A stretch of DNA of 24,000 nt from an uncultured Actinomycetota bacterium. GTDB taxonomy: Bacteria; Actinomycetota; Actinomycetes; Mycobacteriales; Geodermatophilaceae. The translations under genes and the position numbers were made by a program. The stretch is from the NCBI GenBank assembly GCA_963777095.1, contig CAVZOY010000004.1, positions 209,876 through 233,875 of the forward strand, written 5' to 3'. Positions within the stretch are counted from its first letter, which is position 1, and every line of letters starts with the position of its first letter. Below are positions 1-10,215 of this stretch, in pieces. The notes under the pieces are model-generated. The model did not search any database. It saw only the letters and a program-made list of their open reading frames with translations, and was not told the origin of the DNA.

Positions 1-1011
<1,011 letters not shown>

Positions 1012-1039
1012 CGGCGCACTCACGACCCTCACCCTAGAT

Positions 1040-1052
1040 TGGAACCGTTCCA
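1040..1052. promoter_or_regulatory. perfect 6-1-6 palindrome TGGAAC-c-GTTCCA in the fur / DUF218 divergent intergenic region; candidate Fur/FurA autoregulatory operator
   Basis: Read directly: the two arms are exact reverse complements. It lies ~30-40 nt upstream of the fur ATG, in the most AT-rich patch (ctagattggaaccgttccagag) of the intergenic region. The function is inferred only. Confidence 0.3.
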
Positions 1053-1158
1053 GAGTCGACCGGGGGTCTGACCTCGGCCGAGTCTCGTCGGGTCCTGCTC
1101 CGAGCAACACCGTCCACACCCGTCCCGGACCGTCGCCCCGGCGTGGTAACCATGACGC

Positions 1159-1789
1159 GTGGGGGTACGCGTCGGGAGCCTGGTCGCCCGGTTCCTCGTC
1201 GCCCTCGTGGTCGCCGCCGTGCTGCTCGGCGCCGCCACGGCGGCCGCGATCTGGTGGACGGCGCGGCAGGACGCGCGCCCGACGTCCGACGCGATCGTCG
1301 TCCTGGGTTCGGCGCAGTACGACGGCGTGCCGTCGTCGATCTTCGAGGCCCGGCTCGAGCACGCGCTCGCCCTCTACGAGGCCGGCGTGGCGCCGGTGAT
1401 CGTCACCGTCGGCGGCAAGGCCGACGGCGACCGGTTCACCGAGGCCGAGGCCGGCGCCCAGTACCTGGCCGAGGCCGGCGTGCCGGCCGACGCCCTGCTG
1501 CCCGTGCCCGAGGGCGTCGACACCCTGGAGAGCATGCGCGTCGGTGTCGGCCGCCTTCGACGAGCGCGGCTGGGCCACCGCGGTGCTGGTCACCGACCCG
1601 TGGCACGCGATGCGCACGCAGCGGATGGCCGAGGACGCCGGCATCGAGGCCGAGACCTCTCCCACGCGGCAGGGGCCGGCGGTCTACTCGCGCACGACCC
1701 AGGTGCGCTACATCTTCCGCGAGACCGCGGCCTACCTGCTCTACCGCGCCACCGGCGAGAGCATCGCCGGCGCGCCCGGGATCGGCTGA
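1159..1789 (+). CDS. DUF218 / YdcF-ElyC-like membrane-anchored protein, reading frame broken once (~1538-1541)
   Basis: ORF 1159.. gives a TM helix followed by AIVVLGSAQYDGVPSSIFEARLEHALALYEAGVAPVIVTVGGKADGDRFTEAEAGAQYLAEAGVPADALLPVPEGVDTLESMR. The family continuation SVSAAFDERGWATAVLVTDPWHAMRTQRMAEDAGIEAETSPT.. is in the next frame (ORF 1544..1789). Confidence 0.75.
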
Positions 1790-1802
1790 GGGAGGAGTGC
1801 CC

Positions 1803-2316
1803 GTGCTGGAAGTGGGCAAGGCCGGTTCCGCCGGCGTCGGAAAGCGCGTGCTGCCCTTCCTGCGCGACGGCGAGGTCGTCGGCGACCGTCCGCTCCTCGC
1901 AGTGGAAGGAGGCGGCGACAGCGGTCATCGGCGACCGCGAGTGGATCTTCGCCAAGACGCGCGGAACTCTCGTCGCGCGCTGGGCGGTGGATCCGGAGGG
2001 GACGTCTCGGATGAGCGCAGGGCAGTCGTCGTTCTGGCGCGGCACCTGGGCAGGCCGACCTCGAGGGAGCCCCCGTGGAGGTGCGCAGCCTGTCCCGGTG
2101 GCGCAGCACCCGCCAGTACCTCGTCGACGGGCAGGAGGTCGCGCGGAGCGGGAGCTCCGGCGGCTGGTCGCCCCGGCCGACCGCTGAGCTGCTGCCGACT
2201 CCCTGCCGCTGCACCACCAGGTCTTCCTGCTCTGGCTGGAACTGGTGATCAGCCGGCGGGACCAGGCCGCACTGGCGGGGGCCACCGCCGCCGCCGTCAT
2301 CGGAGGCAGCAGCTGA
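1803..2316 (+). CDS. conserved hypothetical protein upstream of dnaG, reading frame broken about 3 times
   Basis: GGGAGGAG SD precedes GTG 1803. Coding-looking segments sit in successive frames: VLEVGKAGSAGVGKRVLPFLRDGEVVGD, then VRSSQWKEAATAVIGDREWIFAKTRGTLVARWAVDPEGTSRMSAGQSSFWRGTW, then ADLEGAPVEVRSLSRWRSTRQYLVDGQEVARSGSSGGWSPRPTAELLP, then SLPLHHQVFLLWLELVISRRDQAALAGATAAAVIGGSS*. The stop TGA 2314-2316 overlaps the dnaG ATG. No family was recognised. Confidence 0.5.
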
Positions 2317-4209
2317 TGGCCAGGCAGAGGGCGCATCCGCGCCGCCGACATCGCGCTGGTGCGCGAGCGGACGCGGATCGACGAGGTGGTCGGCGAGCAG
2401 CTGCAGCTCAAGCGCGCCGGCGGCGGGAGCCTGAAGGGGCTCTGTCCGTTCCACGACGAGAAGTCGCCGTCGTTCCACGTCACGCCCAGTCGCGGGCTCT
2501 GGCACTGCTTCGGTTGCGGAGAAGGCGGCGACGTCATCGCCTTCGTCCAGCAGACCGACCACCTCACCTTCACCGAGGCCGTCGAGCGGCTGGCCGGGCG
2601 GGCCAACGTCGAGCTGCACTACGAGGACGACGGCGGCCGCGCCCACCGGCGGCCCCGACCGCGCGGCGGTCGGCCAGCGGGCGCGGCTCGTCGCGGCCAA
2701 CGCCGCCGCGGCCGCCTTCTACGCCGAGCAGCTCGGCACGCCCGAGGCGGCGCCGGCCCGGCAGTTCCTCGCCGAGCGCGGCTTCGACCGGCAGGCGGCG
2801 CTGGACTTCGACTGCGGGTACGCGCCCGGCGGCTGGGACGCCCTCACCCGGCACCTGCGCGCCAAGGGCTTCACCCAGCAGGAGCTGGTCACCGGCGGGC
2901 TGGCCAAGGAGAGCTCGCGCGGCACGCTGATCGACCGGTTCCACCGCCGGCTGCTCTGGCCGATCCGCGACCTCACCGGCGACGTCATCGGCTTCGGCGC
3001 CCGCAAGCTCATGGACGACGACCCGGGGCCGAAGTACCTCAACACCCCCGAGACGCCGCTCTACAAGAAGAGCACGGTGCTCTACGGCGTCGAGCGGGCC
3101 AAGCGGGACATCGCCCGCTCGCACCAGGCCGTGGTCGTCGAGGGCTACACCGACGTGATGGCCTGCCACCTGGCCGGCATCACCACGGCCGTCGCCTCCT
3201 GCGGCACCGCCTTCGGCGCCGAGCACATCTCCGTGCTGCGCCGGCTGCTGATGGACCAGGACGAGTTCCGCGGCGAGGTCGTCTACACCTTCGACGGCGA
3301 CGCGGCCGGCCAGGCGGCGGCCATGAAGACGTTCAAGGAGGACCAGCGCTTCGTCGGCCAGACGTTCGTCGCCGTGGAGCCCGACGGCCGCGACCCGTGC
3401 GAGCTGCGCCAGGATGCACGGCGACGCCGCCGTCCGCGACCTCGTCGCCCGGCGGACGCCGCTGATCGAGTTCGTGCTGCAAGACGATGCTGCGCGACTA
3501 CCGCCTCGACACCGTCGAGGGCCGGGTCGCGGCGCTGGAGAAGACCGTTCCGCTGGTCGCGCAGATCAAGGACCACGCGCTGCGGCCGGCCTACGCCCGC
3601 CGGCTGGCCGGGCATGATCGGCAACACCGACGAGGCCGAGATCAGCGATCGGGTGCGGCAGCTCACCGGCGAGGGGCGCGGGCCGGGTCCGTCGCGCCGT
3701 CCCCGGATCCCGAAGCGGACGCCGGACGACGCCGCGGTCGCCGTCGAGCGCGAGGCGGTCAAGGCGGCGCTGCAGATGCCGCAGGTCGCCGGGCCGTCGT
3801 TCGACGCCGTCCCGCCCGCCGCCTACACCGACCCCGAGTACGCCGCCGTCGCCGCGGCGGTGGCCGGCGCCGGGGGAGCGGCCGCCGCCACCGTCACCGG
3901 CCCGGCCTGGCTCGACGAGGTCGCCGCAGCACTGCGAGCGCGAGACCGCCCGCGCCCAGCTGACCGCGCTGGCGGTGGAGCCGCTGCGCGCGTCCGGGCG
4001 AGGGCGACGCCGGCTACATCAACGCCGTCATGGCCCGGCTGCAGGAGATGGCCACGAACCGGCGGATCGCCGAGCTCAAGGGCAAGCTGCAGCGGATGAA
4101 CCCCGTCGAGGCGCCCGACGAGTACACCCGCGCCTTCACCCGGCTGGTCACGCTCGAGCAGGAGGCGCGGTCGCTGCGCGAGCGCGCGATGGGCGGGCTC
4201 ACCGCATGA
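2316..4209 (+). CDS. dnaG: DNA primase DnaG; reading frame interrupted at least 7 times in this sequence
   Basis: Zn-ribbon CPFHDEKSPSFHVTPSRGLWHCFGCGEGGDVIAF; RNAP domain RFHRRLLWPIRDLTGDVIGFGARKL..PKYLNTPETPLYKKS; TOPRIM VVVEGYTDVMACHLAGITTAVASCGTAFG..YTFDGDAAGQAAA; C-terminal LQRMNPVEAPDEYTRAFTRLVTLEQEARSLRERAMGGLTA*. The homologous segments lie in frames 0,1,2,0,1,2,0,1, with junctions near 2320, 2643, 3412, 3486, 3613, 3935 and 3998. Confidence 0.9.
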
Positions 4210-4777
4210 CGCTGCTCGACATGGTCAAGCGGCGGTTCGCCCGGCCGCCGGAGCCGGTGCGCGCCGCCGTCGAGGCCACCCCCGACTCCGACGAGCGGGT
4301 GCTGGCGTGGGGCTCGCTGGTGCGCGACGAGGGCTGGCTGGTCGCCACCACGCGCGGCCTGCGGGTGGTGAACGCAGCGGGCGGCGAAGCGGCCGCGCTG
4401 CTGCCGTGGCACGAGGTCGGGCACGCCCGCTGGGCGGCCACCGCCGACGGCGGCGGCAGCTTCACGATCACGCCGCTGACCGAGGTGGAGCCCGGCGTGC
4501 AGGCGCGGCTCGCGCCGCGTCGGCACGCGCTCAGCGAGCCGGGGGAGCTGCCGCAGGAGGTGCGCCGCCGGGTGGACCGGACGGTCGTCAGCCAGCCAGC
4601 GCTTCCCGCTGCCCGGACCGGGGCGGGGTCGTGCTCGTGGCGCGCCGACTGCCCGGTCAGGCGGCCAAGGAGTGGACCGTCGTCTTCGACGACGACGTCG
4701 ACCGCGCCGACCCGGTGGCGCGCGACGAGGCCGCGCGGCGAGCTGGCCGCGGCGTCGCCGCCGAGCAGCCCGACTGA
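4206..4777 (+). CDS. conserved hypothetical protein, translationally coupled to dnaG (ATGA overlap), frame broken near 4590-4630
   Basis: MTLLDMVKRRFARPPEPVRAAVEATPDSDERVLAWGSLVRDEGWLVATTRGLRVVNAAGGEAAALLPWHEVGHARW..ELPQEVRRRVDRTVV in frame 0. It then continues VVLVARRLPGQAAKEWTVVFDDDVDRADPVARDEAARRAGRGVAAEQPD* in the frame of ORF 4307..4777. Confidence 0.55.
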
Positions 4778-4786
4778 GACCGCGGG

Positions 4787-4998
4787 TCAGCGCGGGGGCG
4801 TCGCTGCCCATCTTCGACTTGACCGAGGACAGCACGTCGTCGGCGCGCGCCTGCGCCATGCCGGCGACGCTCTGCAGGCGCGGGTCGTCCTTCGCCTGGG
4901 CCCACGCCCGGCGGATCTGCTCGTAGCGCTCGCGTCCCGGCCCGGGCGCCGAGCACGTAGCCGGCGCCGAAGCCGGCGAGGAAGGACAGCTTCGCCAC
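4787..4998 (-). CDS. small hypothetical protein (~70 aa, N-terminal hydrophobic helix), frame broken twice
   Basis: GGAGG SD precedes GTG 4998. The sequence reads MAKLSFLAGFGAGYVLGARAG, then continues in another frame as RERYEQIRRAWAQAKDDPRLQSVAGMAQARADDVLSSVKSKMGSDAP. The plausible stop TGA 4789-4787 is in the third frame, next to a C5 run. Confidence 0.45.
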
Positions 4999-5143
4999 GG
5001 GGAGACCTCCTGGTGGGCCTGGACGGGTTGGCGGGAGAACGCTACCCGTGACCTGCGGCGTCTCAGTCCCGGCCCGGGGCGCTCCGCGGTCGCGACGGGC
5101 CCGTGAGGTACTCTCGTCGGGCGCGCGGGTCGCCCCGCGCCCA

Positions 5144-5216
5144 TCCCCCGTAGCTCAATTGGCAGAGCATGCGACTGTTAATCGCAGGGTTATTGGTTCG
5201 AGTCCAATCGGGGGAG
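5144..5216 (+). tRNA. tRNA-Asn (anticodon GTT)
   Basis: Cloverleaf read by hand. The acceptor stem TCCCCCG pairs with CGGGGGA. The D arm is GCTC..GAGC. The anticodon stem TGCGA/TCGCA carries the loop CT-GTT-AA. The T arm is ATTGG-TTCGAGT-CCAAT and the discriminator is G. dnaG followed by tRNA-Asn is a common actinobacterial arrangement. Confidence 0.93.
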
Positions 5217-5222
5217 CAGAGC

Positions 5223-5259
5223 AAGGCCCCTGACCAGCAAGTCGCCGGTCAGGGGCCTT
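5223..5259. terminator. 13-bp perfect stem hairpin (AAGGCCCCTGACC ..11 nt loop.. GGTCAGGGGCCTT) immediately after tRNA-Asn; probable bidirectional terminator
   Basis: The arms are exact reverse complements, read directly. The hairpin lies between the tRNA 3' end and the convergent minus-strand gene that ends at 5353. Confidence 0.5.
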
Positions 5260-5352
5260 CGTGGTTCGCGGGTAGGTGTGCGAGCGAGCAGTTCGATCAC
5301 GTCGTTCGTCGTGCTGCTCGAATCGCGCGCCGAACCCGGCTGAGCGGCCGCC

Positions 5353-5700
5353 TCAGTTCTCGGCGTCGTCGGCTCCGTTCGGGCCTCGGCCCTCGTTCGC
5401 GGGCTGCGCTCCCGAAACCTGCGTGTCCATGCGCTCGAGGCGCTGACGGATCGCCGCGACGTTGAGCGCCAGATCCTCGAGTGCCTCGACGGCCCGCGTC
5501 GAGAGCGCGAATGTGAGGTTCTCGCGCTGCCGCTCGGCGCTGGGCTCGCGGTTGGTCTGCCGGGCGTCGGAGCGCTCGCGCGAATGACGCGTCGCCTCCG
5601 TCCACGGCTCGTCATCGGCGTGCGGCTCGCCGAACAGCTCGCGCAGCATCCGCTGCGCTCGTTCGAGGAACTCGCCCGGGTCAGGCCGGTCGGTCGCCAT
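5353..5700 (-). CDS. hypothetical protein (~115 aa, charged/helical)
   Basis: ATG 5700 is preceded by GGAGAGGGG. Translation: MATDRPDPGEFLERAQRMLRELFGEPHADDEPWTEATRHSRERSDARQTNREPSAERQRENLTFALSTRAVEALEDLALNVAAIRQRLERMDTQVSGAQPANEGRGPNGADDAEN*. Third-position GC is high by eye. No family was recognised. Confidence 0.6.
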   Translation of the reverse strand: MATDRPDPGEFLERAQRMLRELFGEPHADDEPWTEATRHSRERSDARQTNREPSAERQRENLTFALSTRAVEALEDLALNVAAIRQRLERMDTQVSGAQPANEGRGPNGADDAEN

Positions 5701-5726
5701 CCGTGCCCCTCTCCGCATCTGTCGAG

Positions 5727-5765
5727 CACGTCGCGCGGACGGCGGGATGACCGTCGCGCGACGTG
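5727..5765 (-). terminator. 11-bp perfect inverted repeat CACGTCGCGCG ..17 nt.. CGCGCGACGTG between two minus-strand genes; candidate terminator or regulatory hairpin
   Basis: Read directly. It lies ~50 nt downstream of the stop at 5813 and ~30 nt upstream of the start at 5700. Confidence 0.35.
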
Positions 5766-5812
5766 ACCAACCTACGACCACCACGGCGTGCTCCGTGTCC
5801 GGCGAATGCCGA

Positions 5813-6479
5813 TCACGTCCGGTGAGGGAGGGCGGGCTGCTCGTTGATCCGATAGTGCAGGCGCAGCACCGGTGCGGCGCCCAGGGACAGCCGGTGATCG
5901 GTGCGGAGCACCCCGTGGTCGTCGACGTGGACGTGGAACACCTCGTGGACCGGGATGCGGCGAGCCCAGCAGCCTCCGCCCTTCTCGACCACGAGATAGG
6001 CGCCCGGCTGTCCCCGGTCTCCTGCAGTGGAGATGAGCCATCCGCCGGGCCAGGCCCACGGCGACCAGCCGATCCAGGCGTCGAGACGCCGCTGACTCGT
6101 CCGTTCGTAGAAGTCTCGGACGGGCATGGCCAGATGTGCGGCCGAGAAGGCAGGTCCGTCGAGACGCGTCATCGCGGGGACGAGGCCCCCGCCGTCGCCG
6201 TCGCCCACGGCCGCGCCGATGGGTTCGGCCTCGCGGGACAACCACCGGTCGCCGATGGACTCGACGTCTCCCGACCGGCCCTCTGCAACCACGTCTGCTC
6301 GGACAGGTCGACGGTCGGCCCGTGTGTCGGACCCAGCGCTGCGTGACCCGATCGAGACGCTGAGCCGAAACGTCCCGATCGTCGCACTGTCGCGTCCCGT
6401 CCAGCGTCAGCGAGAGATGTCGCCGCGGGATGTCGAGAACCGGAGCGCGGCTCCGTCCCTGCAGTGCACACGGCCACAA
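5813..6479 (-). CDS. hypothetical protein; the 3' 160 codons are an intact ORF (5813..6292), and the upstream coding signal continues in two other frames
   Basis: The intact part reads ..GDVESIGDRWLSREAEPIGAAVGDGDGGGLVPAMTRLDGPAFSAAHLAMPVRDFYERTSQRRLDAWIGWSPWAWPGGWLIS..GAYLVVEKGGGCWARRIPVHEVFHVHVDDHGVLRTDHRLSLGAAPVLRLHYRI. Upstream, high-GC3 stretches read PTVDLSEQTWLQRAG (frame of ORF 6169..6918) and VLDIPRRHLSLTLDGTRQCDDRDVSAQRLDRVTQRW (frame of ORF 5772..6530). The start is not resolved. Confidence 0.4.
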
Positions 6480-6507
6480 TGGGCCGTACCGCACGGAGGA
6501 GAACACG

Positions 6508-6915
6508 ATGGCCAAGTACCTGCTGCTCAAGCACTACCGAGGCGCGCCGGCGGCGGTCAACGACGTGCCGATGGACCAGTGGACGCCGGAGGAGGTCTCG
6601 GCCCACATGCAGTTCATGCAGGACTTCGCCAAGCGGCTCGAGGGCACCGGTGAGTTCGTCGACGGTCAGGCGCTCTCTCCCGAGGGCACGTTCGTCCGCT
6701 ACGACGGCGAGGGGCGGCCGCCGGTCACCGACGGCCCGTTCGCCGAGACCAAGGATCTGATCGCCGGCTGGATGGTGATCGACGTCGACACCTACGAACG
6801 GGCGCTCGAGCTGGCCGGCGAGCTGTCCGCGGCTCCGGGTGCCGGTGGGAAGCCGATCCACGAGTGGCTCGAGGTCCGCCCGTTCCTGGGCGCGCCGCCG
6901 ACCATCACGGAGTGA
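6508..6915 (+). CDS. YCII-related (YciI/DGPF-like) domain protein
   Basis: GGAGGA SD precedes ATG 6508. Translation: MAKYLLLKHYRGAPAAVNDVPMDQWTPEEVSAHMQFMQDFAKRLEGTGEFVDGQALSPEGTFVRYDGEGRPPVTDGPFAETKDLIAGWMVIDVDTYERALELAGELS. The DGPF.ETKE..GG motif is typical of the family that precedes this sigma-factor class. Confidence 0.85.
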   Translation: MAKYLLLKHYRGAPAAVNDVPMDQWTPEEVSAHMQFMQDFAKRLEGTGEFVDGQALSPEGTFVRYDGEGRPPVTDGPFAETKDLIAGWMVIDVDTYERALELAGELSAAPGAGGKPIHEWLEVRPFLGAPPTITE

Positions 6916-6918
6916 CAC

Positions 6919-8079
<1,161 letters not shown>

Positions 8080-8143
8080 GCGGCGGGCGGCACGCACGAG
8101 CCCGACGCTTCCCGACCGCACGAGGCGTCGCTAGCTTGCGGTC

Positions 8144-8383
8144 GTGGCACTGAAACACGCAGGCCGGGATGCGTTCGCCTTCATCAGTACGACCGCCGGG
8201 ACGGCGGCGATCGGCGGAGTGATCTTCCTGCTGTTCAACCAGCCGTGTCCGAACCTGGAGTACCTGACGTGTGTGGGTGGGGTGACGGCCGGCGACTTCT
8301 TCACGAACTTCGGCTACCTCAGCCTCGCCCTCGGCTTCGGCGCGGCCGTCATCAGCGAGTCGATGGGCGGCGACCCGGCGTGA
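8144..8383 (+). CDS. small hypothetical membrane protein (79 aa, two hydrophobic stretches); weak start signal, could be a gene remnant
   Basis: ORF with GTG start: [79 protein letters not shown]. Third-position GC is fairly high. There is no convincing SD. Confidence 0.35.
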   Translation: MALKHAGRDAFAFISTTAGTAAIGGVIFLLFNQPCPNLEYLTCVGGVTAGDFFTNFGYLSLALGFGAAVISESMGGDPA

Positions 8384-8386
8384 CGC

Positions 8387-8519
8387 TCACGGCTTGACGG
8401 CGAGGACCGGGCCGGTCCGCGTCGAGCAGGATTCGCTGCGCACTGCTGCCCATGAGCAGCTTGCCGACGGGCGAGCGCTTGCGCAGTCCGATGACGATCA
8501 CCGAGGCGTCCGCCTCGGA
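8387..8519 (-). pseudogene. universal stress protein (UspA family), C-terminal ~42-codon remnant with one frame break
   Basis: Minus-strand translation: ..[36 protein letters not shown], then (after one extra base) VLAVKP* with stop 8389-8387. This is the typical Usp C-terminal ATP-binding motif G-x2-G-x9-G(S/T). An in-frame TAG at 8543-8541 closes the frame upstream, so no N-terminal part exists. Confidence 0.6.
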
Positions 8520-8525
8520 GCGGTG

Positions 8526-8675
8526 ACGGTGACCTCGGCGCTACCGACGGCCCAGGACGTCTTCGTCTATGCCGCCACCTACGACCGGGGCACGCTGCTG
8601 GCGCGGGACGTCATCCTGCTCAGCACGGTGCTGTCGGCCCCCGTCCTCGTGGCGATCGCCGTCGTCCTCGGCTGA
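8526..8675 (+). pseudogene. AEC (auxin efflux carrier) family permease, C-terminal ~45-codon remnant
   Basis: Plus-strand translation: ..[50 protein letters not shown]. The motif ALPTAQN.FV.A..Y.R....A....L.ST.LS is the characteristic last hairpin/TM of AEC permeases. The upstream space is occupied by the opposite-strand Usp remnant. Confidence 0.6.
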
Positions 8676-8702
8676 AGCAGCCGTATCTCCTCGGAGGAAG
8701 CC

Positions 8703-9245
8703 GTGACCCACTCAGAGGCGACGACGCCGTCGGGGACGAGTGCCGCCGACGAGCGGCACCGCCTGTCGATGACGATCCTGATGACGCCCGACATGTCGAA
8801 CTTCGCCGGCAACGTGCACGGGGGCATCCTGCTCAAGTACCTCGACCAGGTCGCCTACACCTGCGCGACCCGCTACGCGCGCACCTACGCGGTCACGCTG
8901 TCGGTGGACCAGGTCGTCTTCCGCGAACCCATCCACGTCGGTGAGCTGGTCACGTTCGACGCCAGCGTCAACCGCACCGGGCGGACGTCCATGGAGGTCG
9001 GCGTCCGCGTGACGACCCAGGACCTCGTCTCCCAGACGGTGCGGCACACGAACAGCAGCTACTTCACGATGGTCGCGATCGGACCCGACGGCAGGCCCGT
9101 TCCGGTGCCGCCGTGGCGACCGCGCACCGCGGAGGAGCACCGCCGCCACCAGGCCGCCGAGCGACGGCAGCAGCTGCGCCGGGAGATCGACCAGGCGCGG
9201 GCGGAGATCCGGCGGACGACGCACGACGGGGACGACGCGTCGTGA
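8703..9245 (+). CDS. acyl-CoA thioesterase (hotdog fold, YciA/acyl-CoA hydrolase type)
   Basis: GGAGGAAG SD precedes GTG 8703. Translation: ..LSMTILMTPDMSNFAGNVHGGILLKYLDQVAYTCATRYARTYAVTLSVDQVVFREPIHVGELVTFDASVNRTGRTSMEVGVRVTTQD..TNSSYFTMVAI, a classic hotdog thioesterase core. A charged C-terminal tail follows. Confidence 0.85.
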   Translation: MTHSEATTPSGTSAADERHRLSMTILMTPDMSNFAGNVHGGILLKYLDQVAYTCATRYARTYAVTLSVDQVVFREPIHVGELVTFDASVNRTGRTSMEVGVRVTTQDLVSQTVRHTNSSYFTMVAIGPDGRPVPVPPWRPRTAEEHRRHQAAERRQQLRREIDQARAEIRRTTHDGDDAS

Positions 9246-9310
9246 GCACGGCCGGGCTGGTCGAACGGCCTGCGCGCGGTCGTCGGCGACGCCGTTCCCG
9301 ACGACTCGGG

Positions 9311-9372
9311 CCGGCCGGCCGTCGACTCCTCGAAGACGGTCCAGGCCATCGGCGGCCGCGACGGCCGGCCGG
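9311..9372. repeat. 14-bp perfect inverted repeat CCGGCCGGCCGTCG ..34 nt.. CGACGGCCGGCCGG between convergent genes
   Basis: Read directly. It lies between the thioesterase stop (9245) and the kinase stop (9391). It may act as a bidirectional terminator stem; that function is inference. Confidence 0.55.
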
Positions 9373-9390
9373 TCTCCGGAGGCGATGCGG

Positions 9391-10215
9391 TCAGCGCAGG
9401 GCGGCGCGCGCCTCCGGATCGACCTCGGCCAGCCACCGTCGGGTCGCCGCGGCGCGGGCCTTCGCCCCCGACTCCCAGTACTCCCGGAAGCCCGGGTGAC
9501 CCGCGGCGACGTGGCCCTCGATCAGCCGGCAGAACCACTCCTGGTTGGCGCGGACGGCGTCGACGACCTCGGCTCGATCGCCCTCGGCCATCCCATAGGC
9601 GTCGACGAACAACCGGAGCCGCTCGGCCCACCGGCCGCGGCGGGCGTCGGGCACCCAGTCGTCCGGCCGCATGGGCGCCCACTGCCGCGCGGCGCACGCC
9701 ACGTCCCACACGACGGAGCCGGGGCCGGCGAGGTCGAAGTCGATCAGCGCCGCCGCGCGGCCGTCGCGGAAGACGACGTTGTCCAGGTTCGGGTCGTTGT
9801 GGCTCACCAGCCGCCCGGCGACGAAGGCCGGGGGGAGCCGGACCGGCCAGCTCCACGACGTGGGATCGAAGGACGCCGCCGCCCGGTGGTACTCGCGCAG
9901 CAGCTCGGCCACGCTGACCAGCGCCTCGTCGGTCAGCGCCCAGTCGGGGTACGGCGGCAGCACGGCGGTGCCCGGGATGTAGGACAGCACCTCCCGGCCC
10001 TGCCCGTCGACGCCGAGCAACCGGGGTGCCCCCTCGAAGCCGACCGACTCCAGGTGCCGGAGCAGCGCGTGTGTGGCGGCGCTGGTGGGCCGCTGCGGCC
10101 GGCGCACCGTGTCGCCCACACGAACGACCGAGCCGAGGTTGTCGACGCCGCCGGCCAGCGGGATCTCCTCGGGATCCCGCTCCGCGTCCTGCGCCGGAGG
10201 GCCGAATTCCGGCAT
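9391..10215 (-). CDS. phosphotransferase enzyme family protein (APH/choline-kinase-like small-molecule kinase)
   Basis: Translation: MPEFGPPAQD..GGVDNLGSVVRVGDTVRRP..LLRHLESVGFEGAPRLLGVDGQGREVLSYIPG.., catalytic loop LVSHNDPNLDNVVF (HxDxxxxN) and Mg site ALIDFDLAG. The start ATG 10215-10213 overlaps the sorC-family stop (TGATG). Confidence 0.85.
   Translation of the reverse strand: MPEFGPPAQDAERDPEEIPLAGGVDNLGSVVRVGDTVRRPQRPTSAATHALLRHLESVGFEGAPRLLGVDGQGREVLSYIPGTAVLPPYPDWALTDEALVSVAELLREYHRAAASFDPTSWSWPVRLPPAFVAGRLVSHNDPNLDNVVFRDGRAAALIDFDLAGPGSVVWDVACAARQWAPMRPDDWVPDARRGRWAERLRLFVDAYGMAEGDRAEVVDAVRANQEWFCRLIEGHVAAGHPGFREYWESGAKARAAATRRWLAEVDPEARAALR

Noticed and set aside
1143-2930. 595-aa plus-strand ORF, extremely Arg/Pro/Gly-rich.
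   Set aside because: It is an out-of-frame read-through across the DUF218 gene, the small hypothetical and the 5' part of dnaG. Recognisable protein motifs are always in other frames over the same coordinates, apart from short stretches caused by the frame breaks.
2316-4209. Possibility that the dnaG frame changes are programmed ribosomal frameshifts or a split-gene arrangement.
   Set aside because: Seven or more consecutive same-direction shifts without slippery heptamers or conserved stimulatory structures, together with similar breaks in unrelated neighbouring genes on both strands, fit indel errors or mutations far better than recoding.
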